From a virus: a DNA stretch of 64,000 nt. Every line of letters starts with the position of its first letter. The stretch's first letter is position 1. The stretch lies in UHGV virus genome UHGV-0275551; one strand, given 5' to 3'. The translations under genes were made by a program, and so were the position numbers. The notes under the pieces were generated by a model, which was given only the letters and a program-made list of their open reading frames with translations, was not told the DNA's origin and ran no database searches. Below, one piece after another: positions 55,447 to 64,000 of this stretch.

Positions 55447-55830
55447 ATGAAAAAGATTTTATTAACTGCTGCAATGGTTATGGCAATAAATTTACCAGTC
55501 AATGCAACAGAACTTCCCAATGTGGACTTATCAGGTGTTCCAGAAGACACTTGTCAGATTGTTAAAGGTGTTGCTTTGACTAATGGTGAGTTACTTAAAC
55601 CAATCTCTGAAGAGTCTTTAACAGAGATGACTGATAAGGTAACTGACTATCAGTATCGTGTTCTTGCAGAGTATTTCCTGCAATCTGCAAACATTAAAGA
55701 GAAGCACCCTGATGATATTGATGTACAGGCTATGCTCAATCATCGTATTCAGTTTAAAGAAGATTTGATGCAAAAAGCCATGTATGGTGTTGAGTATTTC
55801 TTAGAAAACAGAAGCTGCACAGGTATTTGA
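55447..55830 (+). CDS. secreted/periplasmic hypothetical protein
   Basis: N-terminal signal peptide; SD GAGG. Confidence 0.55.
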   Translation: MKKILLTAAMVMAINLPVNATELPNVDLSGVPEDTCQIVKGVALTNGELLKPISEESLTEMTDKVTDYQYRVLAEYFLQSANIKEKHPDDIDVQAMLNHRIQFKEDLMQKAMYGVEYFLENRSCTGI

Positions 55831-55831
55831 T

Positions 55832-56044
55832 ATGGCTCTTAAAAAGTTACATCCCAGAAGCGGTTATGGTAAGATAATTGATGATACAGACGGCTTTACA
55901 GTCTTTACAGTTATCTGTCAAGATGATTCACAGATTGAAAAGATTCTTGACGATTATCTTAACGATGAACGTGAAAAGGTTAGGGCTACAAACATAGATT
56001 CATTGATTGACACTTCACGAAAACGGAAGAAGAAAGATGAATGA
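55832..56044 (+). CDS. hypothetical protein
   Basis: 70-aa ORF. Confidence 0.45.
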   Translation: MALKKLHPRSGYGKIIDDTDGFTVFTVICQDDSQIEKILDDYLNDEREKVRATNIDSLIDTSRKRKKKDE

Positions 56045-56336
56045 GGTTTTTGACCCTTATGCTCCACAAGATGATTGGGAGGCTGACAGAGAGGCTGAAA
56101 TGGAGAGTTATATTTGTCCAATGGATGTAGACGAAATGAGAGACTTCGTTGCACATCGTTTTAAGAGAGAGATTAAGTCCAGAGGTCTTTCTCAAGAGCA
56201 AGTTGCTAAAATTTGTGGTATCTCTCAGGCTCGTGTATCCAACATAATCCACCTCACTGGTAATGTCTCCCTTGAGTATATGTTGGAAGTATGCGAAAAA
56301 TTCGGTGTTAATTTTAATTTAAGGATGGCAGATTAA
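56037..56336 (+). CDS. XRE-family helix-turn-helix DNA-binding protein
   Basis: C-terminal LSQEQVAKICGISQARVSNI HTH; ATG 56037 overlaps the previous stop. Confidence 0.5.
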   Translation: MNEVFDPYAPQDDWEADREAEMESYICPMDVDEMRDFVAHRFKREIKSRGLSQEQVAKICGISQARVSNIIHLTGNVSLEYMLEVCEKFGVNFNLRMAD

Positions 56337-56337
56337 T

Positions 56338-56697
56338 ATGAAACGTGAAAACATTATCCACTCTGAAAACTTCGCATTAGGCTTTTATGGTGTACCGACT
56401 CACCTTGAAAAGTATTATGGTGTGAAGATTCTTTCCAATCTCATTATGGCTTACAAAGATGGTAAGATTAAGCATACTGAGAAGAAACGTGTCATGGGTT
56501 ATATGGCTGTAGGTTCAGCAATCTCAAACATTAAGCTGGAAACAACTAGCAGCCAGATTGTGAAAGACCACTTCATCAAAGAGCTTTACCACAATCTTGA
56601 TGGTGTAGATGTTCAGGCAGTTTGGCTGGATGTTGATGGTCACAACTACACAAGTTTCGTTTTCAAAAATGATGACATTAAGTGTCTATTCCCATAA
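56338..56697 (+). CDS. hypothetical protein
   Basis: 119-aa ORF. Confidence 0.5.
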   Translation: MKRENIIHSENFALGFYGVPTHLEKYYGVKILSNLIMAYKDGKIKHTEKKRVMGYMAVGSAISNIKLETTSSQIVKDHFIKELYHNLDGVDVQAVWLDVDGHNYTSFVFKNDDIKCLFP

Positions 56698-56710
56698 TAG
56701 GTGATTAGCT

Positions 56711-57226
56711 ATGATTGATATCTACTTACAAGATGCTCATGCAGATTTCCTTAAGGAAATGCTTAAAAAGTTTATGGCTTCACAGTATGAGAATGAAGCA
56801 TCTTTTAAAATAGTTACATGTGGCGACGAAGCTGGTTTTGTTGAGATTGAGCATGAAGGTACTGGAAAGACTGTTTGTAAGTTACCTGATAGCATGTTCT
56901 CTAGCACGTTCTTAACAAAGACCAGTATAAATGTTAAGCTTGTACCTCAGATTGAAACATACTCTGGTACAGATTACCCTAAAGGCTTTAAGTCACTGAT
57001 GAAGTACTTCTTAGATGACTTTGTGAGTAATCTTCTGAGAGAGGTAAAAGAAAGCCGTACAGTGTTGACTGTAGAGAATATGGGAGGCACTATTAGGGTT
57101 ACTTCTGACTGCTTTGTTATGAGCCTCTTCGACTTCGTTCCTAAGAACTTTGATGGTATTCTGGATGAAGAAGATGACTGTGTAGACTTTATATTGGTTC
57201 TTGAGCCAGTTTTTGAGGTTAAATAA
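56711..57226 (+). CDS. hypothetical protein
   Basis: 171-aa ORF. Confidence 0.5.
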   Translation: MIDIYLQDAHADFLKEMLKKFMASQYENEASFKIVTCGDEAGFVEIEHEGTGKTVCKLPDSMFSSTFLTKTSINVKLVPQIETYSGTDYPKGFKSLMKYFLDDFVSNLLREVKESRTVLTVENMGGTIRVTSDCFVMSLFDFVPKNFDGILDEEDDCVDFILVLEPVFEVK

Positions 57227-57487
57227 ATGAAAATTGAACACTGCTATGAGTCTGACGGAACACCTATACGTTGTCCACATTGTGGGTGTACAGACTTGCA
57301 AGGTGAAGTTCATGTGATTGTTAATGGTCATATAGCTGAAGAAAGTACTACATGTGTTGGTTGCGGTGAGCATCTATCATTCTGGGGCTATGGTTCATAC
57401 CAGCCTGCACCACACTTAATCTATCATAGCAATAAAGTTGTGAAGAATGTTATCAACTGGTTCATTAAGAAAGGATTTACAAAATGA
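57227..57487 (+). CDS. small zinc-ribbon protein
   Basis: CPHCGC...CVGCG. Confidence 0.5.
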   Translation: MKIEHCYESDGTPIRCPHCGCTDLQGEVHVIVNGHIAEESTTCVGCGEHLSFWGYGSYQPAPHLIYHSNKVVKNVINWFIKKGFTK

Positions 57488-58029
57488 TTAAATTAATCTT
57501 CGCAAGTGGTGAAAATGGTGAGTTTGGTACTCCAACTGGTATGCCGTGGCCTCGACATAAACAGGATATGCAAGAGTTTAAGAGACTCACTAAAAACAAC
57601 TTAGTAGTGATGGGTAACGAGACTTTCAAGACTCTGGGGAGTAAACCTTTACCAGAACGTGCAAACCTAATCTTAACAAATTCTGTACCATACTTAGGCA
57701 TAGACTTTGGCAAAGATGAGGTAATGTATGCTAAGGCCAGCAAAGAATCCTTTGGAGCATTTTTGAAGTATCTTGATAACTCTATTGATGAAGATGTCTT
57801 TGTAATTGGTGGTGCAGGTGTCCTTGTCAATGCTTTACCATATGCTAGTGTAGTTTTCCATACAGTTTTCCATAAAGTTACTGAAGAGGCCACTGTGCAT
57901 TTACCTTTTGAAAACTTTTTTGAGAAGCTGTATGATAACCGTGTATTTACAAAGGTACAGTCAAAACCATCAGAGGATGGTAAAGCAACCTTTGAAATTT
58001 ATGTTCCACAAGTAAAAGGACACTTTTGA
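57484..58029 (+). CDS. frd: dihydrofolate reductase
   Basis: GMPWP...VVMGNETFKTLG...PLPER.NLILT matches DHFR signature positions. Confidence 0.85.
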   Translation: MIKLIFASGENGEFGTPTGMPWPRHKQDMQEFKRLTKNNLVVMGNETFKTLGSKPLPERANLILTNSVPYLGIDFGKDEVMYAKASKESFGAFLKYLDNSIDEDVFVIGGAGVLVNALPYASVVFHTVFHKVTEEATVHLPFENFFEKLYDNRVFTKVQSKPSEDGKATFEIYVPQVKGHF

Positions 58030-58030
58030 T

Positions 58031-58930
58031 ATGTCACAAGCAGATACAAGTTACAAAAATATCCTGAACCATGTTTTATCCGTTGGTGAACTGCGTACTA
58101 CACGAACTGGGGATGTTATCTCTGCATTTGCTCCACCTCAGTTTCGTTTTGATATGCGAACTGGTTTCCCGCTCTTAACATCTAAACAGGTGTTTACACG
58201 GCAAGTTATTGGGGAAGCTCTATGGTTCCTGAACGGTGAGAATAAGCTGGGTGAACTTCGTTACCGTACTTGGGGTGAAAATGATGGAGAACGCTGGACT
58301 ATCTGGTCAGATGATTTTAAACGCTGGTTAAGCTCTAATTATTCCTCTGAACAAGATTGGTTAGAGGATGCAGGTGGAAGAATCTATGGGGTTCAGTGGA
58401 GAAACTTTGAAGGTCATAACGGTTGTGTTGTAGACCAATTAGAGACCTTAGTAACGAAGATGAAGGGCGATATCACAGACCGTTACATGCTTGTTAATGC
58501 TTGGAATGCAGCAGATATTGCAGCAAACTCAATGGCTTTAGCACCTTGTCATGTTCTGTTTCAGATTTATATCACTAATGAGGGTGAAGTTGACTTACAA
58601 TGGTATCAGCGTTCAGTAGACACCTTTTTAGGACTTCCGTTTAATATTGCATCTTACGGTTTTATTCTGGAAGTTCTTTGTAAGATGACTGGATACACTC
58701 CACGGTACTTGATAGGTGTCTTTGGAGATACTCAGATTTATCAGAACCATATGAAGCAGGTTTATGAACTGATGAACAATGAAGAGTTCCATGCACCAAC
58801 TTTTGAGATTGGTATCCCACTTAACACTTTAAGTGACTTAAAACATCTTACAGCAAGTGATTTTATTGGTGGGATTAATAACTACCAACATGCAGGTAAG
58901 ATTGAAGCACCTCTGTCAGTAGGCAAGTAA
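58031..58930 (+). CDS. thyA: thymidylate synthase
   Basis: Catalytic-Cys region LAPCH and LQWYQRSVDTFLGLPFNIASY..GDTQIYQNH. Confidence 0.9.
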   Translation: MSQADTSYKNILNHVLSVGELRTTRTGDVISAFAPPQFRFDMRTGFPLLTSKQVFTRQVIGEALWFLNGENKLGELRYRTWGENDGERWTIWSDDFKRWLSSNYSSEQDWLEDAGGRIYGVQWRNFEGHNGCVVDQLETLVTKMKGDITDRYMLVNAWNAADIAANSMALAPCHVLFQIYITNEGEVDLQWYQRSVDTFLGLPFNIASYGFILEVLCKMTGYTPRYLIGVFGDTQIYQNHMKQVYELMNNEEFHAPTFEIGIPLNTLSDLKHLTASDFIGGINNYQHAGKIEAPLSVGK

Positions 58931-58935
58931 AACAA

Positions 58936-58975
58936 AAAAGGCTCCCGTAAAAAGGAGCCTTAAATTTTATTTTTC
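58936..58975. terminator. bidirectional intrinsic terminator between convergent units
   Basis: GGCTCC-cgtaaaaa-GGAGCC flanked by A-run upstream and T-run downstream. Confidence 0.65.
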
Positions 58976-59338
58976 AGTATTCTTTGTGTTCTTTTCAGTA
59001 ATAGCTTGCAAGGCTGATACTGATTGAGCCAGATTGTTCACACTGTCAGAGAATTTATCAAGAGTCTTAGTAAGTTTTGCATTCTCACCCTTAACATTCT
59101 CTAACTGAACTTTCTGGTTCTCCATCCCTAGCTGAACCAGTCTCATGTCAGACTGTAAATCACGAATAGCTGAGTAATTAGATTTGCTATAATTATCTAG
59201 CTGCTGTAACTTTGTTGTGACAGACACTTCTTGCTTACCATCCGAGACTTGCATGGTGGTATACATCCCAATAACACTAAAAATACCAACTACAATTGCA
59301 CCAATATTATTTTTAAAAGCTTCCTCTAGCCACTTCAT
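58967..59338 (-). CDS. membrane-anchored coiled-coil protein
   Basis: 123 aa, N-terminal TM then heptad-like region; SD GGGGGAG. Confidence 0.5.
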   Translation of the reverse strand: MKWLEEAFKNNIGAIVVGIFSVIGMYTTMQVSDGKQEVSVTTKLQQLDNYSKSNYSAIRDLQSDMRLVQLGMENQKVQLENVKGENAKLTKTLDKFSDSVNNLAQSVSALQAITEKNTKNTEK

Positions 59339-59532
59339 TTATTCTCCCCCTTAAAAGCTTTTTCTAAGTTATCTACGAACTCATCATCAATAGGTGTGTC
59401 TGTTTTACTCGCAAGATATCTTGCAAGCTTAAAGAACACTTTCTCAATCATGTATTCACTTAGAAGGGATAAAATGAGTTTCCAGAAGAAGCTACCTAGA
59501 TTTTTTAGAAGAATTGCTAGGATTGTAGGCAT
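59335..59532 (-). CDS. small membrane protein
   Basis: 65 aa, hydrophobic N-terminal half. Confidence 0.45.
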   Translation of the reverse strand: MPTILAILLKNLGSFFWKLILSLLSEYMIEKVFFKLARYLASKTDTPIDDEFVDNLEKAFKGENK

Positions 59533-59611
59533 TTAATCACCTCATCAGCCAAGATGGTGAGAATACCCATAAAGAATATTAACACCATCTTAACAATCAG
59601 TCAACAAGGGA

Positions 59612-62152
59612 TTAAGCAGTTCTTACCCAAGCCATTAACTTGTAGAACTGGTTAGTAACACTAAATGCTGAACCAGAACCAGTACCACCTGTGTTACCAC
59701 TAACTGTGTGACTGTGAGCACCAATATCAACAGTGTGGCTGTGGTCACCAGTTGTGTTAGTTACACCAGACCAATTTCTTGATGCGTTGAAGTTGACAGG
59801 GATACCATTAGTAAAGTTATCACCAGTATACCCTTTAGAACCTACACTACTGCCGAGGTGGAATGCACCACTTGCTGTGTAGAAGCTGCTAGAGTCACTT
59901 CTAAAGTAACCAAACGAACCAGTAATCTCCATAGTACCTCTGTCATGGTTATGGTTACCAGTTGTGCTAGAAGTCTTAGTACCATAATCAAATGATGAAG
60001 TGGTAGCAGAGAAACTATGCGTGTGTGAAGGTAAGTTACCAACAGATAACGTTACAGAGTCTGAACCACCAGTTGTAGCAACATCTGAGCCATTTGCTGC
60101 TGCAATTCTAATAGTTCTGCCAACACCATTATTCAGGTACGTCCAAGTTAGACCAGGAAGTGCTGTATTAGGGTTAACATTACTGTTAAACCATGTCACA
60201 ATACCCACTGGGTAGATTTTATTCAGGTCTGTAGAGTCACTAATTGCTTCTGCAATTTTCTGGTCAGTTTCTGCTTTAGTGTATGCACCAATATCTGAAG
60301 GGGTTGGTTTTTGCAAACTTGTGTAGTATTTTGCAATTGTACCCTTCACAATACCTTGTGGAGCATCATCAAATGTTTGCGGGACTTCAAACAACTGTAC
60401 ACTTGCATTACTAGAAGATTGAACCCTAGATACCGTAGAATTTTGGTAGCCACCAACCTTACAGTAAATATCATAAGTGTCACCAGAAGTGTTAATGTAA
60501 CCAATATCAGTGATGAGAGCATTATCTGCTGTTCTCCAAGCTACAGCATTTAAATCCTTTGGATTATTATTTGATGTTCGTAAAACAATTTCACACTTAC
60601 CTGCTTGGTATGGGTTATTCGCATTAAAACCCGCACCCCCAAAAACCTCAATAACTGCCGTAGATGTTGATTGTGGCATTACAACAGTCGCAATTTTAGC
60701 CCACTTTTCATCGTTTCCTAAATTAAAGCTAGTACTTCTGATTCTCAGGTATCTACTATCACTAGCACTTTGAGTAAAATATCTAGCATCTAAGTTAGAG
60801 AAATCCGAAGGTTGAACTTGACCAGTGATTGCTAAAGTTGCATTCATTTCAAATACTGAACCAATGTTAAGCCCTTTACCTGTCTTGTAGTTATACAGGT
60901 TTAAGATATCACTGGCATCACCATTACCGATATACCACTTGCTGGTTCCATCAACAGCCTTCCCTCTAATAAATAATGACGATGCAGTTTTTGCTTTTAA
61001 CGCAAGAGCTTCACCATCAGAGTTGATAACCTGTTGTGCAGAGAATGTGTTAGCAGCATTGGTTCTTGCAATTGTACTTAATGTGGCTGCCGGAATATAT
61101 CTAGAATCAATATTAGTCCAATCCGAAGGTTGAACCTGACCAGTGATTCTGAAGTTCTGGTTGACTGAGATATAGCCATTATCAAGCCTGATATTTGAAC
61201 CGTGTACATAGTTGTGTAGCAGCACAGAGGCTGTGTTATCCCCGTTCCCTACATACCACCTGTTAGTGTTCTGAGAGTCAACACCCTGAATGAATAGTGA
61301 GCTAGCTGTTGCATTTTTCAACCTTAAAGCAGCACTGTCACTAATGATGGTTAGATTTCTACTAAACGTGTTAGTGCCCGTGAAATTATTATTAGCAGCT
61401 AACTGTGCAAATCTCTGATTAGCAACTGTCTGAGTAAAATATCTAGCATCTAAGTTAGAGAAATCTGAAGGTTGAACTTGACCAGTAATTGCTAAAGACT
61501 TATTAACAGAGACATTACTTGCAACAGTCAAGGCTGAGTTGTATTTGTTATTGTACAGCTTTACTTCGTCAGAGTCATTACTACCAATACCAACCCACCA
61601 TCTAGCCGAACCATCTAGGTTTACACCTTCGATATATTGTGCATTATTTGCATTTTGGTTTCTAAGGCGAAGTAAGTTAGCATCACCTTGAATATTTTGA
61701 GTTCCAGAGAATGTGTTTGTGATAGCAAGTCTTGCGTATCTTGCATCATTCTCTTCATTAGTTCTCATACCAAGCTCATTAGGACTTGGCTTATTCAGAG
61801 TATGATAAACAGTTGCTGACCTTGAAGCATCTGCAATAGTTAGTTTAAGACCATTTGCGTTAATTTTAAAAGTCTTTAAAATATCCCCAATAGTAATCTC
61901 AGAAGAGCCTGTAGGGTCAAATACAGCCTTACCACCATAAAGTAACTTGACAATACCTAAATCCCCCGTCATAGTGCTCCCAGCAATCTGAACAAACCTT
62001 TCTAGTTTGAAGGAAGCTAAGAAGTCTTGATAGGTCATTCTGCGGTCTTCATCACCCAACATTTCAGGTCTTTTCTTAACTCTGATGTGCAATAGGTCTT
62101 CTGAACGAATTGTGTCGATTGAGTTTAATTGACTCAATTTGTAATCTGCCAT
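59612..62152 (-). CDS. tail fibre protein with three tandem ~115-aa modules and His-rich (HxH) distal domain
   Basis: Repeated ITGQVQPSD(F/W)(S/T)N(L/I)D(A/S)RY; C-terminal HTHSF, GNHNH, GDHSHTVDIGAHSHTV; ATG 62152 with SD AAGAGG. Confidence 0.8.
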   Translation of the reverse strand: MADYKLSQLNSIDTIRSEDLLHIRVKKRPEMLGDEDRRMTYQDFLASFKLERFVQIAGSTMTGDLGIVKLLYGGKAVFDPTGSSEITIGDILKTFKINANGLKLTIADASRSATVYHTLNKPSPNELGMRTNEENDARYARLAITNTFSGTQNIQGDANLLRLRNQNANNAQYIEGVNLDGSARWWVGIGSNDSDEVKLYNNKYNSALTVASNVSVNKSLAITGQVQPSDFSNLDARYFTQTVANQRFAQLAANNNFTGTNTFSRNLTIISDSAALRLKNATASSLFIQGVDSQNTNRWYVGNGDNTASVLLHNYVHGSNIRLDNGYISVNQNFRITGQVQPSDWTNIDSRYIPAATLSTIARTNAANTFSAQQVINSDGEALALKAKTASSLFIRGKAVDGTSKWYIGNGDASDILNLYNYKTGKGLNIGSVFEMNATLAITGQVQPSDFSNLDARYFTQSASDSRYLRIRSTSFNLGNDEKWAKIATVVMPQSTSTAVIEVFGGAGFNANNPYQAGKCEIVLRTSNNNPKDLNAVAWRTADNALITDIGYINTSGDTYDIYCKVGGYQNSTVSRVQSSSNASVQLFEVPQTFDDAPQGIVKGTIAKYYTSLQKPTPSDIGAYTKAETDQKIAEAISDSTDLNKIYPVGIVTWFNSNVNPNTALPGLTWTYLNNGVGRTIRIAAANGSDVATTGGSDSVTLSVGNLPSHTHSFSATTSSFDYGTKTSSTTGNHNHDRGTMEITGSFGYFRSDSSSFYTASGAFHLGSSVGSKGYTGDNFTNGIPVNFNASRNWSGVTNTTGDHSHTVDIGAHSHTVSGNTGGTGSGSAFSVTNQFYKLMAWVRTA
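60771..60837. repeat. 67-bp intragenic direct repeat in the tail-fibre gene
   Basis: Identical to 61431-61497 except 2 mismatches. Confidence 0.85.
61431..61497. repeat. 67-bp intragenic direct repeat in the tail-fibre gene (second copy)
   Basis: Pairs with 60771-60837. Confidence 0.85.
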
Positions 62153-62161
62153 TATAAATTT

Positions 62162-62190
62162 TCCTCTTAAAAGGGGCTTTATAGCCCCTG
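62162..62190 (-). other. intergenic hairpin AGGGGCT-ataa-AGCCCCT between the two tail-fibre genes
   Basis: Perfect 7-bp stem; only a short U-run follows on the minus strand. Confidence 0.5.
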
Positions 62191-62198
62191 TAAAGAAA

Positions 62199-63374
62199 TT
62201 AAGCTGTTCTCTGCCATACATATACTACAAAAGATGGCTGCTCAACACTGAAAGCTTGACCACCACCAACAGAACCAGTTGTCCCTGAGTGTGTATGCTC
62301 AGAGCTAGAAACAGTAACAGTGCCTGTATGACTGTGCGAACCAATATTAACAGTGTGGCTGTGAGCACCAATTGCGACAGTATGGCTATGAGCACCAGAT
62401 GATGCAGTTGTACCTGAGAAGTTATGGGTGTGAGCACCAGCTAAATCAGTATACATAGCATTACCAACACCAGCATCAGCAGATGCAGTAATAGCATTTG
62501 TGCCACCCCTATCATTACCCCTCATAGGAACTCTATGGTTGTGGTTACCATCATTACTTGTTGTGCCGCTAAACGTGTGAGTGTGAGCATCAGCACTATT
62601 AGTCGTTTTTGTACCGTAATCAAAAGTTGATGTACTTTTTGAACCATAATCAAAACTAGAGATAGATACACTTGCAGAGTGTGTATGACCACCACCTGTT
62701 AGATAGATAGAGTGAGTATGTGCTGGTAAGTTATTATTTGTTAATGCTACAGTCTGAGAACCAAACGTTGAACCAACAGGTCTAGAATCTGTATCATAAC
62801 CAACTAGTGCTCTACCTTTAGAAACTAACTCCCAAGTACCTCCACAAAGCAAGTAAGTGGATGGGTTAGCAGAGTTAACAGATAAATGAATAGTCCCTAC
62901 TGGATATGACGCTTGGATAGCTTTGTATAAATTATTAACTGCTTTCGCGGTAGCATATTTATCAGCATCTTCATTGTACAGATTGGATGTTGTCCAGTTC
63001 TGGACATTACTTAAACCGACCTGTGCTTTCGTTGTGTTATGTGGGTTACTTTTGTCGTCAATATGTTGCTGAATTAAGTTATTCACTTCCTCTGACGACA
63101 TAATTTGTAGATTTGCTCTTGCCTCAGCAACACTTACAACATCTGACAAGTTATTAGCTGCAACTAATTGAAGAGAGTTAATAACATTATCAAGACCTAC
63201 TTGCGATTTAGTTACACCATGAGGGTTATTCCTCAAAGATGCGTGAGGTGCTAACAACTGTTCAAGCGTACATCTTTTATCCTCAACACCTTGCTTAAGA
63301 TGGAAGATATCACTCAAATCAATTGGTAAGGCCGCTTGTGGCAAGGCACTAATTTGAATTTCACCTACTGCCAT
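62199..63374 (-). CDS. tail fibre protein with NPH.(V/T)TK.QVGL repeats and His-rich (HxH) C-terminal domain
   Basis: Two NPHGVTKSQVGLDNV-type repeats; C-terminus AHTHS, GNHNH, GAHSHTVAIGAHSHTV, ending VWQRTA, paralogous to the larger fibre. Confidence 0.8.
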   Translation of the reverse strand: MAVGEIQISALPQAALPIDLSDIFHLKQGVEDKRCTLEQLLAPHASLRNNPHGVTKSQVGLDNVINSLQLVAANNLSDVVSVAEARANLQIMSSEEVNNLIQQHIDDKSNPHNTTKAQVGLSNVQNWTTSNLYNEDADKYATAKAVNNLYKAIQASYPVGTIHLSVNSANPSTYLLCGGTWELVSKGRALVGYDTDSRPVGSTFGSQTVALTNNNLPAHTHSIYLTGGGHTHSASVSISSFDYGSKSTSTFDYGTKTTNSADAHTHTFSGTTSNDGNHNHRVPMRGNDRGGTNAITASADAGVGNAMYTDLAGAHTHNFSGTTASSGAHSHTVAIGAHSHTVNIGSHSHTGTVTVSSSEHTHSGTTGSVGGGQAFSVEQPSFVVYVWQRTA

Positions 63375-63376
63375 TA

Positions 63377-63679
63377 TTAAGCTCCTACATATTCATATGT
63401 GTAAAGGTTTCTTGTGCTTGTTGATGCAGTCCCTGTCTCAGACTTAATGAGGTTCCAGCCATTAGCCACTAAATCTGGTTGCTCAGTTGCATATGAACGA
63501 ACTTCACCAACAGTGCCATTTACTTTATTCAGCAGGTAGTTGATAATATAGTTGAACCACTGTCTACCCATAGGCTCACCCTTTAAAAGACCTGTCTCTT
63601 GAACTTCCGGTGGTGGTAAAACTTTTAACTGATTACCATCAGTATCCACTTCATTTGTAGACCAATTTAGAACTGCCAT
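63377..63679 (-). CDS. hypothetical tail-fibre-associated protein
   Basis: 100-aa ORF immediately upstream of the fibre genes. Confidence 0.5.
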   Translation of the reverse strand: MAVLNWSTNEVDTDGNQLKVLPPPEVQETGLLKGEPMGRQWFNYIINYLLNKVNGTVGEVRSYATEQPDLVANGWNLIKSETGTASTSTRNLYTYEYVGA

Positions 63680-64000
63680 TAAGAATTTCCTTCTTGTTGT
63701 GATTTATCTTTTCTGCCTTTGACAATTTGTGCAACCTCAGCCATGATTCCGTATGCACCACCTGCAATAGCTTCTTTACCAACGATGAAATAACCACTCT
63801 TATTAGACCTATCTACAGTCATATAATCATCGCTCTGTGAGTTTGCTGTTCTGTCAACCTTAAAGTAACCATCAATAACACTAGCATCTGCAAGACTCCC
63901 TACTAGGTTGGACTCCAGAGAGCCACCAGTGTTATTTGTGACCAGACCTCTGTTAGCATCAGTTACAAACCAGTTCTCTTTATCATCAACAATAGCAAGT
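63679..64000 (-). CDS. hypothetical structural protein, partial; N-terminus lies beyond the window edge
   Basis: Open minus-strand frame from the window edge to a stop at 63679-63681 that overlaps the next ATG by 1 nt. Confidence 0.5.
   Translation of the reverse strand, partial: LAIVDDKENWFVTDANRGLVTNNTGGSLESNLVGSLADASVIDGYFKVDRTANSQSDDYMTVDRSNKSGYFIVGKEAIAGGAYGIMAEVAQIVKGRKDKSQQEGNS

Overview
This 64-kb window reads as a gene-dense, AT-rich segment of a virulent tailed dsDNA phage genome; I found no rRNA, tRNA, CRISPR array, integrase or transposase. All calls rest on motif reading by eye and on the supplied ORF track, with no database search run. Several starts were moved from the track's TTG/GTG codons to the first ATG with a Shine-Dalgarno sequence. 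Layout: (1) minus-strand genes at 1-1786, including a partial vWA/MIDAS protein; (2) plus-strand block 2036-9413 of small genes, an Ig-like-domain protein and a GH24 lysozyme; (3) a 1.7-kb non-coding, repeat-rich region at 9414-11118 where two transcription units converge; (4) a long minus-strand block 11119-47550; (5) a plus-strand block 47807-58930 with DNA polymerase A, DNA ligase, DHFR and thymidylate synthase; (6) minus-strand tail-fibre genes 58967-64000. Block 4 holds about 13 small genes each behind its own promoter cassette, a macro-domain protein, a spanin pair, an rIIA/rIIB-like pair, a PRS-like plus NAMPT-like NAD module, aerobic and anaerobic ribonucleotide reductases, and T7-like replication genes. 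Most worth a second look are the PRS-like/NAMPT-like pair split by an HNH endonuclease (candidate NAD+ reconstitution counter-defence), the TARG1/DarG-like macro-domain protein, the two classes of promoter cassette, two structured G/T-rich repeat composites flanking a two-gene cassette, and the repeat-rich convergent junction. Two small ORFs look broken, one by a -1 frameshift in a homopolymer and one by an in-frame TAG. Gene content is reminiscent of Felix O1-like myoviruses, but that is an untested guess.
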